Shown: positions 11,575-23,559, counted from the first letter of the stretch. The stretch: DNA of 64,000 nucleotides from Octopus sinensis (GCF_006345805.1 NC_042997.1:200818001-200882000), one strand, 5' to 3'. Notes: generated from the letters alone by a model not told the origin. Numbers and translations: made by a program.

Positions 11575-11786
11575 TTCTACTCTAGGCACAAGGCCCGAAA
11601 TTTTGGGGGAGGGGACCAGTTGATTAGATCGACCCCAGTTCACAATTGGTAGGTAATTCATCGATCCTGAAAGGATGAAAAGCAGAGTTGACCTTGGTGG
11701 AATTTGAACTCAGAACACAAAGACAGACGAAATACTGCTAAGTGTTTCACCCGGCGTGCTAACGTTTCTGCCAGCTCGCCACCTTA
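11575..11786 (-). mobile_element. Nin/Deu-like SINE, tail type 1
   Basis: Reverse complement of the family consensus seen in the window. Confidence 0.85.
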
Positions 11787-11944
11787 GGACAATATATGTA
11801 TGTACACGTATATATTATATGTGTGTGTGATCTGGTGTCTGTGTTTATCCTCCCTCTGTTACTTGATGGTGTGCTTACAGCCATGTAACTTAGCAGTTCA
11901 GCAAGTCAGACCGATAGAATAAGTACCAAGTTTAAAAGACAAAT

Positions 11945-12222
11945 GACCGAGACCATTGGCATTATGTTGTGCTTGAGAAGAAAACCCATGAAGCTGAACA
12001 AAATTGCAGTCATAACAGACACTGGTGTCACGCAAATGGCACCCATGCCAGTGTCACATAAAAGCATCCATTACACTCTTGGTGTTAGGAAGGGCATCTA
12101 GCCATAGAAACAATGCTAAGTCAGACTGAAGTCTGGCGCAACTTTCCAGCTTACCAGCCTCAGTCAAACCATCCAACACATGCCAGCATGGACAATGGAC
12201 ATTAAATGATGATGATGATGAC
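11945..12222 (+). mobile_element. RTE LINE 3' end including ORF tail (DHWHYVVLEKKT)
   Basis: ORF-end motif plus conserved tail and (GAT)n. Confidence 0.75.
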
Positions 12223-12629
12223 GTATATCGAGCTGATAAGCTTAGAATATTGGAAATAATTACCATGAAATGTGATGTTTCAGAAATCAAAACATGAATT
12301 TTTTTAAGGAGTAGTCTCTGAAATATACGTCATCATCATCATCATCATTTAATGTCCATACACATGTCATCTTCAGTATTACTTTGACATTACATATTCC
12401 CAACTTATTAAATATTGATCTATAGGCACAGGTGCAGCTGTATGGTCAAAGAGCTTGGTTCCTAATCATGTAGTCTTGGGGTAAATCTCACTGATTTATA
12501 TATCACCGTGACTGACCAGACTATCAGATGTTGCTACACATCGCTGGTCACAATGCGCTTTGCATTGTTTTAGCCTTCAGATGACGCTAAATATACATGT
12601 GATGTCTGTAAATATACATCAAATGGTAT

Positions 12630-12797
12630 TGTTTGTTTCCAGTCCTCCATGAAAAGCATGTCTGACCATGGGTAGATTCTGCCTTGTCTGGAAAGCTGTT
12701 AGGGTTGGTGACAGGAAGGGCGTCCAGCTGTAGGAAATCTGCCTCAACAAATTGCATCTGACCCATGCAAACGTGAGAAAGTGGATGTTAAATGATT

Positions 12798-12829
<32 letters not shown>

Positions 12830-12835
12830 GATGAG
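12630..12835 (+). mobile_element. Second RTE-like tail subfamily
   Basis: gggttggtgacaggaagggcgtccagctgtagg...gacccatgcaaacgtgagaaagtggatgttaaat(GAT)n; related copies at ~26860-27040 and ~54700-54735 (-). Confidence 0.7.
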
Positions 12836-14124
12836 GAGGAGGAGGAGGAGGAGGAGGAGTTGGAGGGGCAGCAGCAAGAGGAGGCGGTGGTTTCTGTTGT
12901 GCTTTTTATTTCTGCAACACACAGACATGTCTCCTACTTTGGCAAAACAATTTTTTTTTTCTCTGGAAATATAATAAAACAGTTCTACGAAACGCCTTTT
13001 TTTAATTTTTAGCTCCAGTGTATTTCATTCCACATGAAATCAAATACGAGATGAGTTAAACATGCTATGTTTCAAAATGATATTTAAAAGCAGCAGTGCA
13101 TTGAAATCGAAATACAAGCGATAATCATATATTTAAGAATGAGGACAAACTAATTGGCAACTTGAGACAATTGAAGAACGCAAAGATAAAACGAATGAAA
13201 AACAGAATTGTTTTTCTTAATAATTGGAGGATTTCACTTATTCTAAGATAGCCAAGTGATCAAAGGAAAAGGATAACATTTTTTTTAATGTGATTTAAGA
13301 AGAACAAGCTTTCAAGAAAGCTTTTGATTTCAGCATGCTGTCTTTTATGGAAGACTAGAAAATTCTAGAATTAAAAGAAAAATAAAAACACTTCAAAAGC
13401 TAACATCCTCTTTTTATTTTGTTGTTATTTCACATTGTTATATTTTGTTGTTTTATCTTATATTTCTAAGGCCAACTACAGTTGATTGGAAATTATTTAA
13501 TTCTCATGTTAGATGAGACAAAATGGCCAAGTTAGTTTATTTGTTTAAGCTTGTTTTTTTTGAATATTTTCTTTCCCATTTCAAGTATCAAAGATAATTT
13601 TCCAAACTGAAATGCTGCCTGAACATGAATATACAAAGACACGTATATGAGCATAAAAATCTGTAGTCATGATACGTGCACACATTCAGAAAATTCAAAA
13701 TGCACATTCTGATGCAAATGGTATTGTTTTTGATGAATACAAAATATGATAAAATACATAAAGAAAACCAACAAAAAAATTTTCTCGAGATCCAGAAAAT
13801 GCACAAAACTTTTGATTGAATATCTTGGAATTTCTTGTATTTTTAATTCAATTGTTGATATTGCATTTTGCCCTTTACACTTCAAGAACCTTCCTCACAC
13901 ACAGACCTTATCTATAACCTTCATTTGGAATGGAACGGCACCTTTGATAATTTCTTGATACTAATTTCATAAACCTTGAAATGAATATCTAGAGATGATG
14001 AGCCTATCACTTAACAGTAACTGAAACAATAGCCCCTAGTCTCAAATAATCAATACTATTGATTATTGGTGAAATGGACATCAAAGACGTTTTGCCCCGT
14101 GCCAAAACCGCAGGTGCTGCTTTT

Positions 14125-14515
14125 TTGTTTGTTTGTTTGTTCAGCGAGGCGGTCTTCGTTCCAGAGGTTGCAAGATTGTGCCTTGGGAGAAGTCCGAAAC
14201 ATGGTCCTTTGCTATTCGTAAGACCCGCAGAAGAGAAAGCAGGTCAACCCCCGAAACCGAGAACATCGACAGATGGATGAATGCGCATCCAGGCTCAGCG
14301 GTTGCGTAGGAAGTCGGGGACAAGAAACAGGAAGAAAGAGAGAAAGTTGGAGTGAAAGAGTACAACAGGGGTCGCCCCCCCCCCCTGCCGGAGCCTCATG
14401 GAGCTTTAGGTGTTTTTCGCTCAATAAACACACACAACACCTGGTCTGGGAATTGAAACCGTGATCCTCCAACTGCGAGTCCGCTGCCCTAACCACTGGG
14501 CCATTGCGCCTCCTG
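14125..14515 (-). mobile_element. tRNA-derived SINE (Arg-like head), (AAAC)n tail
   Basis: Minus strand ggcgcaatggcccagtggttagggcagcggactcgcagttggaggatcacggtttcaattccc (A and B boxes); partial second copy at ~55345-55490. Confidence 0.8.
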
Positions 14516-14559
14516 CAGGTGCTGTTCAGTAGCATTATAGGCTCTTTGTCTGAAGTTCC

Positions 14560-14870
14560 CCACAATATGAGAAACCCTTCTGTATCATCAACAGATATCT
14601 TGAGGGTCACAAGCATTTTTGCTTCAAAGCCTGTCTGCTTCACCTAAGTTGGGAAGCAAAGATTGAGGCAGTCTTCATCTTCAGAAGAGTACCACTTGTA
14701 GCCTCTTGTCAGCCCACCACCCCTATTTCTTGAGCTGGTTTCAGTTGCCATGTCTACAGTCTTGATGGCTTTCTTCAGCTGTCTGGGTTCCAGACCCAGA
14801 CCCAGACCAGCTTTCTGCAGCAAATAGCATACAGACCTTGCTGAAAAGCTGCATTTAATCAGCACCAAAT
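14560..14870 (-). mobile_element. HERO/NeSL-like RLE non-LTR retrotransposon C-terminus and 3' UTR relic
   Basis: KCSFSARSVCYLLQKAGL...PRQLKKAIKTVDMATETSSR resembles the recalled HERO-type C-terminus (GCRGF..S...LL..LG....LRRAIK.LSE.AE..S). Confidence 0.5.
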
Positions 14871-15100
14871 TTTCTTTACAATTTTATATCTTCAATATAT
14901 GGAAATAGCTTTTAACTTCTATTCTATGTATGAATTTATTTTATTTCCTATCAAAAATATTTTGCCAAGATTTACACCAGATATCAAATACTATTTAGTT
15001 TGCAGGATTTTGAAAGATTTTGTTTAACCATCTTCTCTCCAAAATATTTTAAAGCTTTTGTCTTTTATCATATATTTAACCTGCTATAATTTTGTTGCCA

Positions 15101-16157
15101 TTAGGTTGTCAAGAAAGTTCTTGTTAATTTTTAATTTTGGTTTTAAATGATGTATTTTCAAATGAATTTTCATTAAATTACTTCAACTTTATATATCATT
15201 TTAAAGCCCGCTTTTTGCTCTATCTAATCGTGTTACGCTTTTTCATTTTGAATAATTAGGCCATTTTGTCTGGAACATTGAATACAACATGGACAAAAAG
15301 CAAATTCGCACAATTTTCTTATTCCAGTTCAAGCTAGGCCAAAAAGCTGCTGAAACAGCTTGTGATATCAACGATGCATTTGGCCCAGGAACCACTAATG
15401 AACGAACAACACAATCGTGGTTCTTGAAGATGATAAACATAGTGGTCGTCCTTTGGATGTTGGCAACAATCAACTAAGAGCCTTAGTCGAAGCCAATCCA
15501 CTCACAGCTGTTTGAGAGCTTGCTTCTGAATTAGACATAATGTATATGACAATTTCCAACCACTTGAAAGAAATTGGAAAAACAAAAATACTTGAGAAAT
15601 GGGTGTCACACAAATTGAACGACAACCAAAAATAACGCCATTTTGAAGTGTCGTCTTCCCTTCTTTTATGCAACAAGAATGACACATTTTTCGACTGGAT
15701 TGTGACCTACAATGAAAAGTGGATTCTTTATGACAACCAGCAATGCTCAGCTCAGTGGTTGGATGCCGACGAAGCTCCACGACCTTCCCGAAGCCAAAGT
15801 TGCACCAAAAGAAGGTCATCGCACAACTTACCCTGCAGAAGTTGAATGAATTGGGCTACAAAACTCTGCCTCATCCGCCATATTCACCAGACCTCGCGCC
15901 TACCGACTACCACTTTTTCAAGCATCTTGACAACTGCCTGCATGAGAAATGCTTCAAAAACCAAGACAATTCCAAACATGCCTTCAAGGATTTCATTGCC
16001 ACCAGAATTTTTATGCTACTGGCATAAATAAACTTGTTTCACACTGACAAAAGTGATTCTGATGGTGTTTATTTCGATTAATAAAGTTTTGTTTGAGCCG
16101 AAATATGTGCAGCTGAATTTAAAGGTTAAAAACCGCAAGAACCTTCTTGCAACCTAA
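15101..16157 (+). mobile_element. Defective mariner element with TIRs
   Basis: TIRs ttaggttgtcaagaaagttcttg / caagaaccttcttgcaacctaa; MDKKQIRTIFLFQFKLGQKAAETACDINDAFG, WIVTYNEKWILYDN, LPHPPYSPDLAPTDYHFFKHLDN; internal deletion removes the second catalytic Asp region. Confidence 0.92.
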
Positions 16158-16797
16158 TATAGCTCAAATAGACTGCCTGGCATTAAAACCCAAGATATTA
16201 AGTTGAGAAAACCATATGATATGTTTATGATTCTTTTTAAAAGCCAAAAAACTTGAAGTAAAACAGTTGCAGATAACAACTAAGGTGATCCATCCATTCA
16301 ACTCTTTATGAACATGTTTGCTAATCCACAGTGCATGACAACTGCTGCCATATTAAAAATTTATATTCTGAAAATGAAGTTGAGTTTAAATCTTCTAAGA
16401 AATGCAACAATCTTTGCATTTGTTGTAATCTGCAATTTTTTTGTAATTATCACTTTGCCTCTGCCATTGTCATTTCAGATGACTAAACTCAATAATTTTA
16501 GAATTATTTTTCGGCATATTAAAGCTGATTCTATTACACCTGGTATTGCATTTCCTGCTACTTGTGTCATGTCAGCATGTCTGATTTAGTCATCAAGACG
16601 TTTTACTATTCCAAACTATTTGGTTGTGCCTGTCTCACTGTCAGATACCATCCAATCCATAAAAGATTTTCAAGAACTGAATAACCAAACAGGTTGGACT
16701 TTGGCAAAACAGTAAACCAGTGAAATAGTGTCATCTTCCTCTGATTCCTTGATGGTCCCCAACAAGTTAAAGATGCTCTGTGTTGAAATGGTTACTA

Positions 16798-17000
16798 TTT
16801 TACTCCTTTATTTGTTTCAGTCATTTGGGTGTGGCTATGCTGGAGCAGTGCCTTTATTCGAACAAATCGACCCCAGGACTTATTGTTTGTTAGCCTAGTA
16901 CTTATTCTGTCGTGTCTCTTTTGCCAACCCACAAAGTTACGGGGATATAAACACACCAGCAACAGTTGTCAAGCAATGTTGGGGGGACAAAAACACACAC
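16798..17000 (-). mobile_element. CORE-like composite SINE, 3' half
   Basis: Family tail in reverse complement. Confidence 0.8.
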
Positions 17001-17063
17001 ACACATAACACACACATATATTTATATATATATATTTATATATATATATATATATATGTATGT

Positions 17064-17110
<47 letters not shown>

Positions 17111-17207
17111 CGGGAAGCTTTATGAAAATAGACAAAAGACGAAGGCAGGTGGAAAACAAACAAACAGTTGTATTAGTATGGCGCTCAGGAAATATAAATA
17201 AAACAAG

Positions 17208-17245
17208 TCTTTAACGTTTCGAGCCTACGCTCTTCAACAGAAAGA
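17208..17245 (-). ncRNA. Minimal hammerhead ribozyme motif, core variant CUGUUGA
   Basis: Minus strand UCUUU CUGUUGA A GAGC-GUAG-GCUC GAAAC GUU^AAAGA: 5-bp stem I, 4-bp stem II, AACGUU palindrome. Confidence 0.65.
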
Positions 17246-17398
17246 TACACAGAGAGAAAAAAAACACAGAAAGAGGAGAGAAAAAAATGCGTGCAGTAAC
17301 TAACGAATCAACATGGCGATCTGATTTCGGCCAGAAGTCAAGTTCAAACATGAGACGCGAGAGCGAAATAAGGGAGATAATAGGGTTGAATGACCACC

Positions 17399-17722
17399 TA
17401 TTAGTGCGTAGGAGGGGTCTGGACGTGTGTATGTATAGGGTTGGTGTATATATTAGTATGTATTAGTATGTATAAGGGTGTGTGTGTGTGTGTGTGTATG
17501 AGAGAGTATTAGTGCGTAGGATAGGTCTGGACAGGCGTATGTATGGGGTTGGTGTATGTATTAGTATGTATTAGTATGTATTAGTACGTATTGGTATGTA
17601 TAAGTGTGTGTGTATGAGAGAGTATAAGTGCGTATGAGGGGTCTGGACGTGTGTATGTATAGGGTTGGTGTATGTATTAGTATGTATTAGTATGTTTAGT
17701 ACGTATTAGTATGTATTAGTAT
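17399..17722. repeat. Three 108-116-bp tandem units containing (TATTAGTATG)n
   Basis: Unit starts t(t/a)agtgcgta at 17401, 17509 and 17625. Confidence 0.9.
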
Positions 17723-17764
17723 GGCACATCATATATGATGTGATGTGTAAAGTCGTGTGGTGTA

Positions 17765-18062
17765 GTGAGGAGAAGAGGGGGAGGGGGAGAGGGGGGAGGG
17801 GAAGGAGAGGGGAGGAGAGGGGGGAAGAGGAGAGGAGGGGAAGGGGGGAGGAGAGGGGGAAGGGGGGAGGGGGAGGAAGGAGGAAAGAGGGGGAGGGGGA
17901 GAGAGAGGGTAGTTGAGGGAGCAGAGGGAAGGAGGGAGGGAGAAAGAGGGAAGAAGGAAGGGGAGTAGGGGTGAAAGGATGAAGGACTGAAGAAGTATGG
18001 GTCGGGGGGGAAGGATAGGTGAGGGGGGGGGAGAGGGGGGTTAGATGAGGAGGGGGGGGAGA
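17765..18062 (+). repeat. G-rich polypurine tract (G-quadruplex/triplex prone)
   Basis: Numerous G4-G9 runs separated by short A-rich linkers. Confidence 0.85.
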
Positions 18063-18303
18063 GTTGAGACCAAATGGCGTATAAGAGCGAAGAGAGAAGA
18101 TTAATTCCTGTTCACGGCGCAAACGGGAATCCGGATGGCCTCTGTAATATATATATACAGTTAATCCAAACAAGAAAGCACAAAAAAAAACAGAACAACG
18201 CGAGGATGTGGAACAAATATAGTATTATTGGATGCTCATCGGAAAATAGGAGAAGGAAAGATCCAGAGAAGGAAAAAAAATTGCCAACGGTACAGACGTG
18301 GTC

Positions 18304-18382
<79 letters not shown>

Positions 18383-18386
18383 GTAA

Positions 18387-18710
18387 AGACCCCCTTTGGT
18401 CATGAATGACCATGGGATTGCACCTAGAAAGTTACCCTCCTAGACACAAGTCCGGGCAAGGTGTTTATGGAAGACCAGCAGTCGCCCATGCATACCAGCC
18501 TCCCCTCTCCACGCCACCAGTGGTATCCAAGGGAAAGACAAAGGCCGATACAGCTTGGCACCAGTGACGTCGCAACTCATTTCTACAGCTGAGTGAACTG
18601 GAGCAACGTGAAATAAAGTGCCTTGCTCAAGAACACAACACGCAGCCCGGACCGGGATTCAAGTTCACAACCTCACGATCGTAAGCTCGACGCTCTAACC
18701 ACTGAGCCAT
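18387..18710 (-). mobile_element. tRNA-derived SINE with Meta-like central domain
   Basis: Head tggctcagtggttagagcgtcgagc, then gtgttgtgttcttgagcaaggcactttatttcacgttgctccagttcactcagctgtagaaatgag; (TA)n on both flanks. Confidence 0.85.
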
Positions 18711-18734
18711 ATATATATATATTTATATATATAT

Positions 18735-18888
18735 ATGACAGGCATCTTTCTGTTTCTATCTACCAAATCCACTCACAAGGCTTTAGTCGGCCCGAGGCTA
18801 TAGTAGAACACACTTGCCCAAGGTGCCACACAGTGGGACTGAATCCAGAACCATGTGGTTGGTAAGCAAGCTACTTACCACACAGCCA
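18735..18888 (-). mobile_element. CORE-like SINE 5' half
   Basis: ggctgtgtggtaagtagcttgcttaccaaccacatgg...ggcaccttgggcaagtgt. Confidence 0.85.
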
Positions 18889-19066
18889 CCCTTCTAAAAA
18901 TAGTTATGACCCATCAAAACACTTCATAACCCTGTGATACTTTCCACCTTTTGTGAAATTTCAACACCTCCTAAGAGGTGTTGCTTCTACCCAGTTCCAG
19001 AATAACTGTCTCATATTCTCATCCTTATCTCCCGTTTCCATCTCTATCAGGAAAAACATCTGTTCA

Positions 19067-19101
<35 letters not shown>

Positions 19102-19153
19102 CCCCCATGTTGCATTGTTATCCACACCTTTCTCTCATATTCACCTCATAACC

Positions 19154-19372
19154 TATTTCTTTACTACCCACAAGGGGCTAAACACAGAAGGGACAAACAA
19201 GGACAAACAAACGGATTAAGACGATTATATTGACCCCAGTGTGTAACTGGCACTTATTTAATCGACCCCAAAAGGATGAAAGGCAAAGTCGACCTCGGCG
19301 GAATTTGAACTCAGAATGTATCAGCAGACGAAATACCGCTAAGCATTTCGCCTGGCGTGCTAATGTAACCGT
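19154..19372 (-). mobile_element. Nin/Deu-like SINE, tail type 2
   Basis: Family core plus tail ...ccccttgtgggtagtaaagaaatagg. Confidence 0.85.
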
Positions 19373-19799
19373 GTCCACTACAGACTCATTCTCATCTCTC
19401 TCTCTCTCTTTCTATCTCTCTCTCTCGCTCTCTCTCCCCCTCCCCCCTCTCTCTCTTTCATTTCATAGCTATGTAAGCTTCATCATTATGATCAGCCCCT
19501 TCTCTCTCTCACTCTCGTTCCCCACCTTCCACTCACACATTCTCTCGTCCTCTTTAATCTCTCCCATCATGTTTATTTTATTACTCGACATATATTCACA
19601 GAATCCCTTTATGTAAACATCTCTGATTTTATAAAATATGAAACAGGAAACATAAACAATTTATATTAGCTTTTCCCTTCGGTTGACTATTTGCATTATT
19701 ATTGAATTAGTCTAAAATTTACATATTTACATATTTGCTAACGTCTCATATATTGAATAGCAATATAGTTCTTATGTAAATTTGGGCAACGTACAGTAG

Positions 19800-19816
19800 T
19801 AGTCAAATATCATCAA

Positions 19817-19848
<32 letters not shown>

Positions 19849-19872
19849 ACAACAACAACAACATCATCATCA

Positions 19873-19927
<55 letters not shown>

Positions 19928-19985
19928 TTCATCGTCATTGTGTCTGCCATCATTATCCTCATCATTATCATCATCGTTGTTGTGT
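19800..19985. repeat. (CAT)n/(CAA)n microsatellite
   Basis: Seen directly. Confidence 0.95.
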
Positions 19986-20124
19986 GATGTCCACTCTACT
20001 ATTCCAAGTTTGCAAGAATTAGATGGAAATTGTTGGAGGCAGATTTTTTTCACAGCCGGATGCCTTTCCTGTCATCAACCTTCACCCGTTTGTCCAACTG
20101 GGTAATATTACCTGACGTGCAGAA

Positions 20125-20636
20125 GGCAGAGAACTGGCAGAAATGCTAGCACACCGGGCAAAATGCTTAGCGGTGTTTCGTCTGTTCTTACGTTCTGAGT
20201 TCAAACTCCGCCAAGGTCAACTTTAACCTCCGTCCTTTCAGGGTCGACAAATTAAGTACCAGTTAATGATGATGACAGCAACAATGATGATGATGATGAT
20301 GACAACGATGATGATGATGAAGATGATGATAATGATGATGACAATGATGATGAAAATGACGACGACAATGACAATAACGATGACGACAACGATTATGATG
20401 ACGACGACGACGATGACAATGATGATGATGATGATGACAATGATGATGACAGAAATGATGATGACGACCATGATGTTGCTAATAATCATGACGACAATGA
20501 TGATGATGAAGATGATGATGATGATGTTGATGGTGAGGACGCCACCACCACCACTACTGATGATGCTGTTGACGACAACAATGATGGTGGTGGTGATGAT
20601 GATAATGGTGATGATGATGATGATGATGATGACCAT
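20125..20636 (+). mobile_element. Nin/Deu-like SINE 5' part followed by ~370-bp degenerate (GAT/GAC/AAT)n
   Basis: Head and core to ~20262, then trinucleotide tract. Confidence 0.8.
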
Positions 20637-21879
20637 GAGTTGCCAATTCCCTTGAACATATTTTCACTCATCTCCTCAAGCCAATCTTTTCAGAGGTGAT
20701 GTCCATATAAAGTTTATAACTAAGAAATTTAATTAGTGATGACAACGTTGTATAAAATTTCGTTATCCTAAATACTTTAAAATCCGTTTATTCTGTATTA
20801 ATTTGTAAATAATCAGAACAATAAAAAAAAATATAGTAACAAAAATCAGACAGAAAATTTATTGATCAAAGTCACATGACATTCTATGGTATTACAGTCA
20901 TTTGGGGTGCTGATATTTTTACCTTCAGATAATAGATGCTGATAAATACCATAATGTAATTAATTATATGTTTATAGACTAATTACATTGTAGATATTTG
21001 GCAATATTTCAAGTGTGCTTTACTAAAACAAGTGGGGTAGGGAGCTATGATACTGGAACAATTGCATTAGATATTCATTTATATTCTGTCCTCTCCACTC
21101 ACATTTTACATAGCTCTTGCTCCCCTATGTCACCAAATCATCTTGCCTTCTCTACTAGTATATGTCTCTCTCTCTCTCTCCATGCACTACACCTGCCTCT
21201 CTGCTCCAACACCAGGGACCTCTTAACAATATTATTTATCCCTGGGAAAATCAACATACTGGGCCTTACAATATTTATTATCAGCAAGTCACAACATACA
21301 TAGACCAGAATTGGGCTCCCTAAATCTGTAAGGCCAGTGTGCCCATCTCTTAAGACAACACTACTCCTCACTCTTGCAACTTACCCAACCACTTGCCATC
21401 TTCCCCCTCTCTCTCTCTTCCTCTTTCTCTCTCTCTCTCTCATTTCTCTCCTGTCTACTCTATCAGCATTACTTTTCTGCTACTCTTCACATCGATTATA
21501 ATTGCTCACTCCCTACCACTTACTTACCTGTCATGACATTCACCCCTCAACTGTATCCAATCTCTACAGTTCTCACCTACTTTCCCCTATAACACCTACT
21601 TCTCATCCACTCAACATTTGTTCTGCATTCATTCTATTCATCCTCTCACTCACTCCCCAACTCTTACTCTCCCATACAATCTTTCCATTTCCACACCAGT
21701 TCTTTTGCCCCTATACACTTCTACATACCTCTGTACTTTGAGGTTCCACTCAGACACCTTCTCTTCTCTTCTAAAATGCAAGAAGCCATGTGGTTGCTCT
21801 AGAACAAGAAACCAGTTCTCATTTGGTCTGTCTGTTATATTTTCACTTCTCATCGCCCAAGACAAGACTGTCTTTCATA

Positions 21880-21968
21880 GGGTTCATAATCTTGGGGTTC
21901 ATAATCTTTCTTTCTCGGGGTTCATAATTTTGGGGTTCATAATCTTTCTTTCTTGGGTTCATAATCTT
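21880..21968. repeat. Minisatellite: five GGGTTCATAAT units with alternating short and long linkers
   Basis: Seen directly. Confidence 0.85.
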
Positions 21969-22709
21969 GCAAGTTGCATAGTGTCCTCACAATACTAATA
22001 CCACAAAGAAAGCACCCAGTTCACTCTGTAAAATGGTTGGCATTAAGAAGGGTGTCCAGCTGGAAAAAACCATTCCAAGGCAGACGCTGGAGCATGTTTT
22101 TGTACTAGGACCCATTGGATATTGTCAAACCATCAAACCCAGCCAGAATGGAACATGGACATTAAATGATAATAATGAAGATTTTTATATCAAGTCATTT
22201 ATGTAAAAGCCGATGAAATAACGATGATGAGTGCTTAAATGAATATTCTATATATCTAATATATCATATATCAATATAATAACATTTAATTAATTCAGGT
22301 ATTACATTTCACAAAGTTCCAAAGTATAATCTTCATGCAATTCTGTAATTTATCTCAAATATTTAAAATCGTTTTGAAAAACATTTCAGAAAAGTATCAG
22401 TGTTCATATTGCAAGGAAAGTAATCAAACATTTATGAAGATGATGATTTGGTTGCCAAGTGACAAAATCATTTTGATGGCTAACTTCATCATCTTCCTTG
22501 TTTTGGGGTTAAAAATATTAATAGAACAAGAAAAGTTGACATTGGTAAGGATATAACTACCCCCTCACTTAAACATTTGTACGAAATACACTAAGTAAAG
22601 CTTTGTGAGTGGAAGAGGTAGAAGGAAACTGAAAGAAGCCTGTCGTGTATGTGTGTCTATGTTTGTGTGCATGCACGGATGTGTGTGCATGTGTGTATAT
22701 GCTGATGCA

Positions 22710-23272
22710 TGAGGTGCATTCAAACTGTATCCAACTTTATTTTTTTCTGCCAAAACTAATGCCATGTGAGCAAAATCCTTTGGGTGGAAGGTGATGCCAC
22801 CCTTTCTGTGCATGCTTGAAAATTGTCGTGCTGGAAGACTGTGTCAGTTTCCGGCTGTCATACTTGGAGTACAGATGTGTTATATGCTCTTGTCAGATTG
22901 CCGTTTTCATGCAAGATGACCAAATGCATCAAGCAGAGATACTGGGTCAAATTTTGCCAAAATCTCGATGATACTTAAGCTCAAGCCATCCTGTATATTC
23001 AGCAGCCCTTTGGCGATGATGCCATGGGCAAAATTTAGATCAAGGAGTGGTAGATGGCCGTACCTCAGTGGAGAGTGAGGCATGCTCAGGCAGGCTACCC
23101 ACAATCTGAAACAAGGAATTGATTTGAGAAGATTCAGCGAATAGTCATAGAAGACCATCAGGTAATAATCTAGGGGACTATTTATGAAGCAGATTCTGTT
23201 TTAAAGAAGGGTTTGCACATGCAGCCAGTGTGGAGAAAAAAATAAAGTCAGGTACTTTTTGAATGCACCTCG
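22710..23272 (+). mobile_element. Internally deleted mariner
   Basis: TIRs gaggtgcattcaaa / tttgaatgcacctc; N-terminus KQRYWVKFCQNLDDT...QPFGDDAMG...DGRTSVESEACSGR joined to the last codons (GDY.E) and the right end. Confidence 0.82.
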
Positions 23273-23274
23273 TA

Positions 23275-23545
23275 AGCCAAGCCTTCCTAGTTAAGAACTA
23301 CACACTGCTTGTTCGACAGGCTGCCTATTCTCCCAATTTGCCACAGAGTGGCTTCTGGCTTTTCCCAGAATTGAAAACCACATTGAAAGGGAAGTGATTT
23401 GAGTCACAAGAGGAAATTATGAGAAAAGCAGCGGCAGAACTCCATATCGTTCCAGAGAAGGTGTTTCAGAGGTATTACCAGTTGTGGAAAAACTGCTGGG
23501 AGAAATGTGTGAACTCCCAATGGAAGTATCTTGAAGGTGATTAAA
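23275..23545 (+). mobile_element. Mariner C-terminal fragment
   Basis: LVRQAAYSPNLPQSGFWLFPELKTTLKGK*FESQEEI...WEKCVNSQWKYLEGD*. Confidence 0.85.
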
Positions 23546-23559
23546 TAAAATCTGTGAAA

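Larger units (their letters stand above)
17109..18145 (-). mobile_element. Penelope-like element 3' end (family 2): endonuclease C-terminus, pyrimidine tract, tandem repeats, hammerhead-bearing terminus
   Basis: YRGHPDSRLRREQELIFSLRSYTPFGLN at ~18060-18145 matches the PLE GIY-YIG tail motif R..REQ..IF.L....P.GLN; terminus abuts (TA)n. Confidence 0.72.

Noticed and set aside
13260-13364. Terminal exon completing the micro-exon chain (NFLVFHKRQHAEIKSFLESLFFLNHIKKNVILFL*)
   Set aside because: Strong acceptor and in phase, but the F/L/K/I/N-rich composition is what random AT-rich DNA gives; not supportable without transcripts.
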